From assembly GCA_964495585.1 (NCBI GenBank), contig CAZBWD010000001.1:1-32745 (forward strand): a stretch of DNA of 32,745 nucleotides, read 5' to 3'. The notes under the pieces were generated by a model, which was not told where the DNA came from, did not search any database, and saw only the letters and a list, made by a program, of their open reading frames with translations. Position 1 is the stretch's first letter. Each line of letters begins with the position of its first letter. A program made the position numbers and the translations under genes. Positions 17,866 through 26,229 of the stretch are shown here, piece after piece. Origin of the DNA: an uncultured Thermotogae bacterium. GTDB lineage: Bacteria > Bipolaricaulota > Bipolaricaulia > UBA7950 > UBA9294.

Positions 17866-19947
17866 CTAGTAACCTCTGCTCCTGATGATCTCTTCCTTCG
17901 ACCGCTCCGGCACCACGTCGTAGTTCGTCACCTGCAGCGTGTAAAAGGCCCGCCCCTGCGTGAGGGAGCGCAGCCGCGTCGCATATCCGAACGTCTCCCC
18001 CAGTGGGACGGAAACACGGATGATCTGCACCGTCTCCCGCAACTGCAGTTCACGGATCCTGCCGCGGCGACGCGCCAGGTCTTCCAGCACCTCTCCCACG
18101 TACTCGCCCGGGGTGACGATCTCCCCTTGCATGATCGGCTCAAGGAGATCAAAACTCCCCTTCTCATACGCCTTATGAACCGCAGCCACAGCGGCCGCGC
18201 GAAAGGCCAGCTCGGACGAATCGACTGGGTGAAAGGACCCCCCTCTCAGGGTGGCCCCGACATCGACCAAAGGATACCCGGCCAGAGGACCGTTTGTCAA
18301 CGTTTCCCGCACCCCCTCTTCCACGGCCGCGTGATACCCTTCCGGGACGATCTCCGGGCTCACTTCCTTTGCAAACGAGAAGCCGCTTCCGCGCGGCAGG
18401 GGCACGAGCCGGAGCACCACGTGACCGAAGTGCGCCCGTCCTCCGGTCTGCTTGAGGAACGTCTCCTCCACCTCGATCGGCTCGCGTAGGGTCTCGAGAT
18501 AGGCAACCTGCGGCGTGCCCACGTGTGCCTGCACGCCGAGCTCCTCTCTCAGACGACGCATCAGGACCTCGAGGTGGAGCTCTCCCATCCCCGAGATGAT
18601 CGTCTGGTTCGTCCTCTCGTCGTAGCGGACGTGGAACGTCGGATCCTCGGAGGCCAGCTTGGCCAGCCCCTCATCCAGGGCGCCTTGCTCCGCCTCCGTC
18701 CGCGGCTCCACCGCGATGAAGACGACCGGATCGGAGAACTTGATCTTCTCGAGGAACAGCGGGGCGTCCCGATCGCAGAGGGTGTCCCCCGTCGAGATCT
18801 CCCCCGAGGCCACGATCGCCACGATGTCGCCGGCCTGCATCCGCTCAAGCGGTGTCCGTTGGTTCGCGTGCATGCGGTAGATCTTGGTGATGCGAAAGCC
18901 CTTACGGGTCGACATGTTGAGCGCGTGCCCGCCGGCTGCGCGCTGCCCAGAGTAGACGCGGACGAATACGAGACGTCCCGCATACCGATCCACGACCACC
19001 TTGAACGCGAGCGCCGAGAACGGCTCGTCGGGATCCGGCCGGCGGACCTCGTCGCTTCCGACGCCGCGGATCGGCGGGACCTCGACCGGCGAGGGCAGGT
19101 AGCGAACGACAGCGTCGAGCAGCGGCTGGATCCCCTGGTTTTGGAAAGCGGCCCCGCCGAGGACGGGGACGAACCCATGCTCGATGCACCCGCACCGCAG
19201 GGCGGCATGGAACGCCTCGGCCGTGATCTCCTTGCCGGCGAGGTAGTCCTCCGTCAGGCCGTCATCGACCTCGGCAACCCGCTCGATCGCCGTCTCTCGA
19301 TAACGCTCGACCATCTCGTGCATCCGTCCGGGGACCGGCGCCTCGCTGAACCGCTCCCCCTTGCTCGCGGGATCCCAAACGAGCAACCGGCGGGTAACAA
19401 GATCGATCATCCCCACGAGCCGCCGATCCTCGTCCCGGCAGGGCAGCTGCAACGGAACCGTCACGACGCCGAGCCGCTCCTCGATCATCGCCACGGTCTG
19501 GCTGAAGCTCGACTCGACGCGATCGAGCTTGTTGACGAACACCAGACGCGGGATGCGGTACCGATCCGCCTGGTGCCAGACAGTTTCCGATTGCGACTCG
19601 ACCATCTCGACCCCGGAGAAGATGACGACCCCTCCGTCGAGGACCCGCAGCGACCGCTCAACCTCGGCGGTGAAGTCGACGTGCCCAGGGGTGTCGATGA
19701 TGTTGATCGAGTGATCCAGCCAGGAGCAGGTCGTCGCGGCCGAGGTGATGGTGATCCCCCGCTCCCGCTCCTGGTCCATCCAGTCCATTTCCGTGTCCCC
19801 GTCCTGGACCTCGCCCATCCTGTGGGTCTGACCGGTGTAGAAGAGGATCCGCTCGGTGGTCGTCGTCTTTCCGGCATCGATGTGTGCAATGATGCCGATG
19901 TTGCGTACACGATCAAGCGCCACGGGGGCAGCGTTAGGCATGGTCAC
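17866..19947 (-). CDS. fusA: translation elongation factor G
   Basis: 693 aa with GTPase motifs (AHIDAGKTTTTERIL, DTPGHVDF, NKLDR), the EF-G domains IV/V, and the tail RSRGY. Confidence 0.95.
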   Translation of the reverse strand: MTMPNAAPVALDRVRNIGIIAHIDAGKTTTTERILFYTGQTHRMGEVQDGDTEMDWMDQERERGITITSAATTCSWLDHSINIIDTPGHVDFTAEVERSLRVLDGGVVIFSGVEMVESQSETVWHQADRYRIPRLVFVNKLDRVESSFSQTVAMIEERLGVVTVPLQLPCRDEDRRLVGMIDLVTRRLLVWDPASKGERFSEAPVPGRMHEMVERYRETAIERVAEVDDGLTEDYLAGKEITAEAFHAALRCGCIEHGFVPVLGGAAFQNQGIQPLLDAVVRYLPSPVEVPPIRGVGSDEVRRPDPDEPFSALAFKVVVDRYAGRLVFVRVYSGQRAAGGHALNMSTRKGFRITKIYRMHANQRTPLERMQAGDIVAIVASGEISTGDTLCDRDAPLFLEKIKFSDPVVFIAVEPRTEAEQGALDEGLAKLASEDPTFHVRYDERTNQTIISGMGELHLEVLMRRLREELGVQAHVGTPQVAYLETLREPIEVEETFLKQTGGRAHFGHVVLRLVPLPRGSGFSFAKEVSPEIVPEGYHAAVEEGVRETLTNGPLAGYPLVDVGATLRGGSFHPVDSSELAFRAAAVAAVHKAYEKGSFDLLEPIMQGEIVTPGEYVGEVLEDLARRRGRIRELQLRETVQIIRVSVPLGETFGYATRLRSLTQGRAFYTLQVTNYDVVPERSKEEIIRSRGY

Positions 19948-19995
19948 CCTCTCCTTTGGGTTCGACGGGGTCAGGAGATGTGAGGTGCCGAACGC

Positions 19996-20454
19996 CTACC
20001 AGCGATAGTGCGCGAACGCGCGGTTCGCCTCCGCCATGCGGTGGACGTCCAGGCGCTTGTTGTACGCCTTTCCTTCCTTGTGCGCCGCATCCAAGAGCTC
20101 ACCGGCAAGACGATCGGCCATGGTGTGTCCGCCCCGCTCACGGGCCGCGCGCACGATCCAGCGCAGGGCAAGCGCGACCTGGCGGTCCGGGGGAACTTCG
20201 TAGGGGACCTGGTAGTTCGCTCCACCCACACGGCGAGAGCGGACCTCCAACCGGGGAGAGCAGTTGCTGATCGCCTCGTTGAAGACCTCGAGGGCACCCG
20301 TCTCACTTCGCGCACTGATCTGATCCAGCGCGCCGTAGACGATCCGCTCGGCGGTCGACTTCTTCCCTTCGAGCATCACGTAGTTGATCAGCTTCGCCAG
20401 GAGCTTGCTGTTGTATTTGACGTCGGGCTTGACGTCCCGGCCGGGTATCTGCAT
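19996..20454 (-). CDS. rpsG: 30S ribosomal protein S7
   Basis: The track ORF (to 20634) is trimmed to the ATG at 20454, which has SD GGAGGG 5 nt upstream. 152 aa, [42 protein letters not shown]... The longer ORF would overlap rpsL. Confidence 0.92.
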   Translation of the reverse strand: MQIPGRDVKPDVKYNSKLLAKLINYVMLEGKKSTAERIVYGALDQISARSETGALEVFNEAISNCSPRLEVRSRRVGGANYQVPYEVPPDRQVALALRWIVRAARERGGHTMADRLAGELLDAAHKEGKAYNKRLDVHRMAEANRAFAHYRW

Positions 20455-20464
20455 CCTGTCCCTC

Positions 20465-20836
20465 CTAGCCCGCCCTCTTCGCCCCGTACTTGGAGCGACC
20501 CTGGCGACGTCCCTCGACCCCTTCCGCATCGAGCGGACCTCGGATGACGTGATACCGCACCCCTGGCAGGTCCTTGACCCGTCCGCCCCGCACCATAACC
20601 ATCGAGTGTTCCTGAAGGTTGTGCCCCTCTCCACCGATGTAGGCGGTGACTTCCTTCCCGTTGCTCAGTCGCACACGGGCCACCTTACGCAGCGCGGAGT
20701 TCGGCTTCTTCGGCGTACGTGTATAGACCCGCGTGCAGACCCCTCGCCGCAACGGGCAGGAGGACAGCGCCGGTGCCTTGCTCTTCTTCATCTTCGGCTT
20801 GCGCCCTAAACGGATCAGCTGGTTAATCGTCGGCAT
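20465..20836 (-). CDS. rpsL: 30S ribosomal protein S12
   Basis: [24 protein letters not shown]...[19 protein letters not shown] at 20836 with GGAG 7 nt upstream. The track start at 20842 is a GTG two codons further up. Confidence 0.94.
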   Translation of the reverse strand: MPTINQLIRLGRKPKMKKSKAPALSSCPLRRGVCTRVYTRTPKKPNSALRKVARVRLSNGKEVTAYIGGEGHNLQEHSMVMVRGGRVKDLPGVRYHVIRGPLDAEGVEGRRQGRSKYGAKRAG

Positions 20837-20859
20837 TCTCACACTCCAGACTGCGGTTG

Positions 20860-20888
20860 ATTATAGGTCCCGTTTCAAATCCTGTCAA
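20860..20888 (-). promoter_or_regulatory. consensus sigma70 promoter for the rpsL-led ribosomal super-operon
   Basis: The minus strand reads GC-TTGACA-GGATTTGAAACGGGACC-TATAAT: a perfect -35 (20883-20888, overlapping the rpoC TGA), an exact 17-nt spacer, and a perfect -10 (20860-20865), about 24 nt upstream of the rpsL ATG. Confidence 0.8.
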
Positions 20889-23800
20889 GCTTTCGTCCGC
20901 TCTACGACCGGTTCGGGCAGCGCCTCCGTCGGCGCGTCGTCATCGGCGTCCTCTGCGGGCTCTTCCTCGGGTCGCGGCATCCCGGCGACGGCCGGCGATC
21001 CGAAGCCGGTGCCCGCAGAGATCTTCTTGCCCAGGATCACACTCGGCTTCAGTCCCTCGAGCTCATCCACTTCGCCGCGCAGCGCCGCCTCCGAGAGGAC
21101 CTTGGTCGTCCGCTGGAACGACGCCGCCGACAGCCAGCCCTTGGTCTGCAGCGCCGCCTTCGAGATGCGAAGGAGCTCCCGCTCTCCCCGCGGCAGGCGC
21201 TTCTCGCGCAGCGGGATCTCGAGCGGTTCCTCCTCCTGAAGGATCCTCACTGTCTCCACGTTGGCCCGCCGTGCCGCGGTGAGCATGTCCTGCGTCAACG
21301 CATCACTGGCCGAGGCGATCAACTGCCCCTTGACGATGACGTCCTCGGCGACCGACTTGCCGACCGCTGCGCGCCGCGCGCGCTCCGCCTCCTGGTTCCA
21401 CAGGGACAGGTTTCGCACCTCCCGCTGGAACTCCTCGAGCATCACGAGGTCCCCGAGGAGGAACCGCGAGTCGCCGTGGTCCACGATCCGAACGTTGTTC
21501 AGGATCTGACGGATGACGACCTCCAGGTGCTTGTCGTTGATGTCCACACCCTGCGCCTTGTACACCTTGTGGATCTCCGTCAGGAGGTACTCGCGCGTCT
21601 TCTGGACACCGGCCATGTCGAGCAGCGCGTGCGGTGCGATCACCCCCTTGGTGAGAAGGTCTCCTTTCTTCACCTTGTCGCCGGCGCGCACAGTCGCCAT
21701 CTGATCGATTTCCACCTCGCTCTTCGGCCGAACGGAGACACGGACGATCGCCCCGTCCCCGGTGATCCGCTCCACCTTGAGCAGTCCCTCGTGCGCAAGC
21801 GTTACCGCCACGAGCTTCTCGCCCTCCCGCACCCGCTGGCCGTCACTCACGAGCAGCGCAAGGTCCCGGGTGAGCGGGAATCGGAGGGCGCGACCCTCCG
21901 AGTTGTAGACGATGATGCGATCGCCACAGATCTGCACCGTTCCTGGTGCCTCCGAAGTGACCACAAGCGGCTTGGAGCGCGAGGTAAGCGCGGTCCCCTC
22001 CTCGATCGCCACGCCTGGCTCCACGAGCATGCGGGCGCCGTAGGGGATCACGAAGGATTCGACACTCCCGTCCGCGCCGCAGAACTCGAACGTCCGCTTC
22101 TTCCCCTCGGGAACCCGGACCGTCCCCTTCCGGCCTGCGACGATCGGCTCGTGATTGAACCGGTTGGTGAGTGCATCTCTAGCCGCGACCTCATCTCCAT
22201 CCTTGACGTGCGCCGTCGCTTCCGGCAGAAGCCGGTAGACCCGGTCACCGCCGGATCGGTCGATCACCAAGACATCGGTCGCCTCGCCGTCGCGGATCAG
22301 GCACACTTCTCCCGGGCAGGGGCTGCCCGCGGCGATCAGGTCCCCTGTTTCGACCTCCTCGGACACGGCGGCCCGCAGGAGGGCCGTGGGAAGTTCGACC
22401 ACCCGCCGGTCCCCGATCACCTCCACCTGGTCGTGACCGGTCTCGAGCGGGGTGACCGAAACGATGTGCCCATCAAGCGGTGAAACACCGGCTTGACCGC
22501 TCTTCACCGTCTGTCGCGCCTCGAACAGCTCCTCAGCACGCGGCAGACCCTGGGTGATGTCCTCTCCGGCCACACCACCGGTGTGGAACGTCCGCATCGT
22601 GAGCTGCGTGCCCGGCTCGCCGACCGACTGGGCCGCGATCACGCCGACCGCGACCCCCAACTCGACCGGACGGTGGTTGCTCATGTCGAACCCATAGCAC
22701 AGCTGACACAGGCCGTTCACGGTCTCACAGGTCATCGGAGACCGGATCACGATCTGCGGCCGGACTGTAACCTGTTTCACCTTGTGATCGCGCAGCGCCT
22801 CGACCAGACGCGGGGTGATCAGCTCGTCGGCCTGGACGATCACCCGGCCGGTGTTCGTATCCGCCACATCGGTGACGCTCTTCGTGCCAACGAGCCGCTG
22901 CGTATCCTTCACGGGGATCGGGACCTCGAGCGCTCCGATGCGAACCGCCGCGTCCCGCGTGATCCAGGCGTTCGCCTCGAGGAGGACCTCTCCGGTCCCC
23001 GGGTCGATGATCGGGCGGGCCGCGACGCGGCCGTAGATCCGATCCTCGATCGGCTCCATCACGTCGTGCTTGCTGAACCGCAGCGGGTCGATATCCACCC
23101 CCTGCGTGGTGCCACAGTCGATCTCGCGGATGATCGTATCGGACGTCGCATCGACCAAGCGACGGGTCAGGTACCCGGAATCGGCGGTCTTGAGGGCGGT
23201 GTCCGCCGCGCCCTTTCGCCCACCGTGTGTAGAGATGAAGTACTCCATCATGTCCAGTCCCTCGCGGAAATTGGAGATGACCGGCATCTCGATGATGTCT
23301 CCCGACGGCCCGGCCATCGGTCCCCGCATCCCCGACAGCTGTTTGACCTGGTCCGGCCCACCGCGCGCCCCGGAGGTCACGATCCCGTAGAGCGGGTTGT
23401 ACTTGTGGCGCTGAAGGTTCTCCATCGTCGCTCGCTCCACGTCGTCGACCGTCCGCCGCCAGACCTTGATCACCGCCTCGGAGCGCTCCTTCTCCGTGGC
23501 GAGCCCCATCTCGTGCATCGTGTTGATCCGCATCACCGTCATGTAGGAGTTCTTGATGATCTCCTCCTTCTCCGGCGGGATGAGGCAGTCCTTGAGGGAG
23601 ATGGTGAGCCCGGCGCGGGTGGCATACGTGAAGCCGATGTCCTTCAGGTCATCGAGGACCTCCGCCGTCCGCTCCCAGCCAAAGCGGTGATAACACTCCA
23701 TCACCAGGCGACGCACCGCGCGCCGGTCGATGACACTCTCGTAGTCCCTGATCTCGGGGGGGAAGACCGCGTTCAGCTCGGCGCGGCCGAGCGTCGTCTC

Positions 23801-25876
23801 GACGAGCCTGCCGTCGATCCGAATCTTCACCGGGCTGTGCAGATCGAGCAGCCCTTCCTCCTCCGCCCGCCGCGCCTCGATGACGTCGCGGAACGCCTTG
23901 CCGGCCCCCTTCCCGTCGGCATCGAGCAGCGTGAGGTAGTAGTAGGCGAAGACCGGGTCCTGAGACGGAAGGCTCAGCGGGTCCCCGTGCGCCGGGGAGA
24001 GGATGTTGCGGGGAGCAGCCATCAGCTGCCGCGCCTCGGCGATCGCCTCCGGAGACAACGGCAGATGCACCGCCATCTGGTCCCCGTCGAAGTCCGCGTT
24101 GTATGGCGTGCACACCAGCGGGTGGATGTGGATCGCATCCCCGTCGACGAGCACCGGCTCGAACGCCTGGATCGAGAGACGGTGCAGCGTCGGCGCCCGG
24201 TTGAGAAGAACGGGGTGCGTGTTGATCAGCTTTTCCAGGATGTCCCACACCTCCGGCATCCCACCGCGCAGCGCCTTGTTCTTGATCTCGTCAAAGTCGG
24301 AGAAGGTCGTGGACTCCAGGTAGTGGAGGATGAACGGCTTGAACAGCTCGAGCGCCATCTTCTTCGGGATGCCGCACTGGGAGAGCCGCAGCTTCGGATC
24401 GACGACGATCACCGCCCGCCCGGAGTAGTCCACGCGGCGGCCAAGCAGGTTGCGCCGCAGGCGGCCGTGCTTCCCGTGGATCCGTTCGGAAAGGGACTTC
24501 AAGGGCCGGTTGTCGCGACCGCGGATCGGGGTCTCCTTCTTCTCGTTGTGGATCAGCGCGTCGACCGCCTCCTGGAGCATCCGCCGCTCGTTGCGCAGGA
24601 TCACCTCGGGAGCCCCCATGTCGATGAGTTTCTTCAGGCGGTTGTTGCGGTTGATGATCCGCCGATACAGGTCGTTCAGGTCCGTGGTGGCGAACTTGCC
24701 GCCCTCGAGCTGGATCATCGGGCGCAGCGCCGGAGGGAGGACCGGAACGACGTCGAGGATCATGTCGGCGGGATTGTTGCCCGAGGTGCGCAGCTGATCC
24801 ACGACCTCCAGCCGCTTGATCAGCCGGCGCCTGTTTCCTGCCGCGGCCTCGTGCTTCAGCTCATCCTCCAGCTCACGGTGCAGTTCATCGAGGTCATAGG
24901 ACTCGAGAAGCCCCTTGATCCCGGCCGCCCCGGTTTCAGCCGAGAAGCCATCGGGATAGATCCGCTCGCAGGCACGCTTCTCTAGGCGGTTCAGCCGGTC
25001 GCCGGGTTTCAGGGGAATCCCCCCCCGGACCTTCGTGACGAGAAAGACGAGGCTGTCCAGCCCCTCCTGGTCGAGCGGCACCCCCTCGGTCTCGTCGCCG
25101 TAACGATCGACCAGCATATCGAAGGCCGTCTTCGAACAGATCTCGTCCACCGGCCGCTCACAGATGAGCGCGCCTTCCGTCACCTCGTCGCCGTCCTCGA
25201 CCTCGAGCGGGACCGCCCCGACGATCGGATACTCCTGTGACCCGATGACGACCGCCCGCACCTTCTCCCCGTTAGTCAGCCGGCGCTCCTCGAGCGTCAC
25301 CCGCCCCGCCTCCTCGGCGGTGACCTGCGGGATCTCCTCCACGTAGATGGCCTGCTCGACGGTGAACGAGAACTTCTTGGTCAGGATATCGACCTCCGAG
25401 GAGTAGAGCGTCTCCCCGGGCCGAATCTCCTTGCAGTCCGAGGCGGTGACCAGGTAGAGGACCTGTTCGATCGGTTCGGTCTCGTAGTAGGCAATCCGCT
25501 GCAGCTCCCGCTTCTTCATCCCCAGAAGCCGCGCCAGCAGGCTGGAGACCCCCTTGAGGTACCAGAAGTGGACGACCGGGCTTGCCAGGCTGATGTGCCC
25601 CATGTTCACCCGCCGGACCGAGGAGTCGGTCACCAACACGTGGCACTTCTCACAGGTGATTCCCTCGTACTTCTTCCCCTTGTACTTGCCGCACGCGCAC
25701 TCGTAGCTGTTCTCCGGGCCGAAGATCTCCTCCGCGTAGAGCCCCCCCCGCTCCGCGCGATGGGTTCGGTAGTTGATCGTCTCCGACTCGGTAACCTCCC
25801 CGTGGGACCAGCTGAGGACCGTCTCCGGGGAGGCAAACTGAAGCTTGACCCGCTTGATGTCGTCGCCAGAAATCAC
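20885..25876 (-). CDS. rpoC: DNA-directed RNA polymerase subunit beta-prime (1663 aa, insertion-rich)
   Basis: GTG start with SD GAGGGGTGA. Has the N-terminal zinc finger (YECACGKYKGKKYEGITCEKCHV), the catalytic NADFDGDQM, the bridge-helix region (GRKGAADTALKTADSGYLTRRLVD), the trigger-loop region (TFHTGGVAGEDITQGLPRAEELFEAR), and the C-terminal SFQRTTKVLSEAALRGEVDELEGLK. Confidence 0.97.
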   Translation of the reverse strand: MISGDDIKRVKLQFASPETVLSWSHGEVTESETINYRTHRAERGGLYAEEIFGPENSYECACGKYKGKKYEGITCEKCHVLVTDSSVRRVNMGHISLASPVVHFWYLKGVSSLLARLLGMKKRELQRIAYYETEPIEQVLYLVTASDCKEIRPGETLYSSEVDILTKKFSFTVEQAIYVEEIPQVTAEEAGRVTLEERRLTNGEKVRAVVIGSQEYPIVGAVPLEVEDGDEVTEGALICERPVDEICSKTAFDMLVDRYGDETEGVPLDQEGLDSLVFLVTKVRGGIPLKPGDRLNRLEKRACERIYPDGFSAETGAAGIKGLLESYDLDELHRELEDELKHEAAAGNRRRLIKRLEVVDQLRTSGNNPADMILDVVPVLPPALRPMIQLEGGKFATTDLNDLYRRIINRNNRLKKLIDMGAPEVILRNERRMLQEAVDALIHNEKKETPIRGRDNRPLKSLSERIHGKHGRLRRNLLGRRVDYSGRAVIVVDPKLRLSQCGIPKKMALELFKPFILHYLESTTFSDFDEIKNKALRGGMPEVWDILEKLINTHPVLLNRAPTLHRLSIQAFEPVLVDGDAIHIHPLVCTPYNADFDGDQMAVHLPLSPEAIAEARQLMAAPRNILSPAHGDPLSLPSQDPVFAYYYLTLLDADGKGAGKAFRDVIEARRAEEEGLLDLHSPVKIRIDGRLVETTLGRAELNAVFPPEIRDYESVIDRRAVRRLVMECYHRFGWERTAEVLDDLKDIGFTYATRAGLTISLKDCLIPPEKEEIIKNSYMTVMRINTMHEMGLATEKERSEAVIKVWRRTVDDVERATMENLQRHKYNPLYGIVTSGARGGPDQVKQLSGMRGPMAGPSGDIIEMPVISNFREGLDMMEYFISTHGGRKGAADTALKTADSGYLTRRLVDATSDTIIREIDCGTTQGVDIDPLRFSKHDVMEPIEDRIYGRVAARPIIDPGTGEVLLEANAWITRDAAVRIGALEVPIPVKDTQRLVGTKSVTDVADTNTGRVIVQADELITPRLVEALRDHKVKQVTVRPQIVIRSPMTCETVNGLCQLCYGFDMSNHRPVELGVAVGVIAAQSVGEPGTQLTMRTFHTGGVAGEDITQGLPRAEELFEARQTVKSGQAGVSPLDGHIVSVTPLETGHDQVEVIGDRRVVELPTALLRAAVSEEVETGDLIAAGSPCPGEVCLIRDGEATDVLVIDRSGGDRVYRLLPEATAHVKDGDEVAARDALTNRFNHEPIVAGRKGTVRVPEGKKRTFEFCGADGSVESFVIPYGARMLVEPGVAIEEGTALTSRSKPLVVTSEAPGTVQICGDRIIVYNSEGRALRFPLTRDLALLVSDGQRVREGEKLVAVTLAHEGLLKVERITGDGAIVRVSVRPKSEVEIDQMATVRAGDKVKKGDLLTKGVIAPHALLDMAGVQKTREYLLTEIHKVYKAQGVDINDKHLEVVIRQILNNVRIVDHGDSRFLLGDLVMLEEFQREVRNLSLWNQEAERARRAAVGKSVAEDVIVKGQLIASASDALTQDMLTAARRANVETVRILQEEEPLEIPLREKRLPRGERELLRISKAALQTKGWLSAASFQRTTKVLSEAALRGEVDELEGLKPSVILGKKISAGTGFGSPAVAGMPRPEEEPAEDADDDAPTEALPEPVVERTKA

Positions 25877-25902
25877 TGCTTCACCCCTCGTTGGGTCGGC
25901 AC

Positions 25903-25987
25903 GGGGGCGCCGTCAAGCGCCCCCGCATGCAGAAATGGTCCCGGCCCGGGACCATTCGATCACGCCCTTCCACGCCCCAGGAAGGGC
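25903..25987 (-). promoter_or_regulatory. three consecutive GC-rich hairpins in the fmdB-rpoC spacer (attenuator, terminator or processing site; function unknown)
   Basis: Hairpin A: GCCCTTCC-8 nt-GGAAGGGC (25964-25987). Hairpin B: AATGGTCCCGG-C-CCGGGACCATT palindrome (25934-25956), followed on the minus strand by TTTCT. Hairpin C: GGGGGCGC-TTGACG-GCGCCCCC (25903-25924). Confidence 0.5.
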
Positions 25988-26004
25988 CGAGAGACCGCAA
26001 CCGC

Positions 26005-26229
26005 TCATTCCCCTGCCTTGGCTGAGGTCGTCGCCTGACTTGTCCTTTGCCCGCTCGCGTGGTCGGTTGCGTAGTACCCGTTCCCTTTGTAGATGACGCC
26101 GATCCGGGGCAGGAGTCGCCGCAGTTGCCCACTCCCGCATGCGGGACAACGGGCCGCAGTGCCGTCCCCGTAGTGATGCAACGCCTTGAACTCGGGGCCA
26201 CAGGACCCGCAATGGTAACAAAAAGGCAC
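26005..26229 (-). CDS. FmdB-family (CxxC_CxxC_SSSS) zinc-ribbon protein
   Basis: The GTG at 26229 lies 5 nt after SD GAGGGGG, giving a 74-aa product VPFCYHCGSCGPEFKAL...RCPACGSGQLRRLL...YKGNGYYATDH. This is the typical FmdB pattern (two CxxC knuckles plus KG-G-Y-TD). The track start at 26265 has no comparable SD. Confidence 0.75.
   Translation of the reverse strand: MPFCYHCGSCGPEFKALHHYGDGTAARCPACGSGQLRRLLPRIGVIYKGNGYYATDHASGQRTSQATTSAKAGE

Noticed and set aside
17866-19947. Whether the EF-G is an EF-G2-like paralogue, given slightly divergent motifs (NKLDR, GAAFQNQG).
   Set aside because: It sits in the canonical rpsL-rpsG-fusA position, and all GTPase and domain IV/V blocks are present. 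The divergence is too mild to judge without an alignment.
22493-24985. 830-aa plus-strand ORF antisense to rpoC. Similar cases: 18523..19983 (antisense to fusA), 29501..31021 (antisense to fba/accA), 3774..4985 (antisense to rpoA/rpsD), 7784..8668, 782..1876 and 1411..2574.
   Set aside because: These are shadow ORFs typical of very GC-rich DNA. Their translations are low-complexity and rich in R, P, D, G, H and L, with no recognisable motifs and no SD or start context. Each lies opposite or out of frame to a gene with unambiguous homology.
25909-25918. TTGACG hexamer just upstream of rpoC as a possible dedicated rpoC -35 element.
   Set aside because: It forms the loop of the GGGGGCGC/GCGCCCCC hairpin. 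The sequence 17 nt downstream (CAACGA) is a very poor -10, so I do not call a promoter here.
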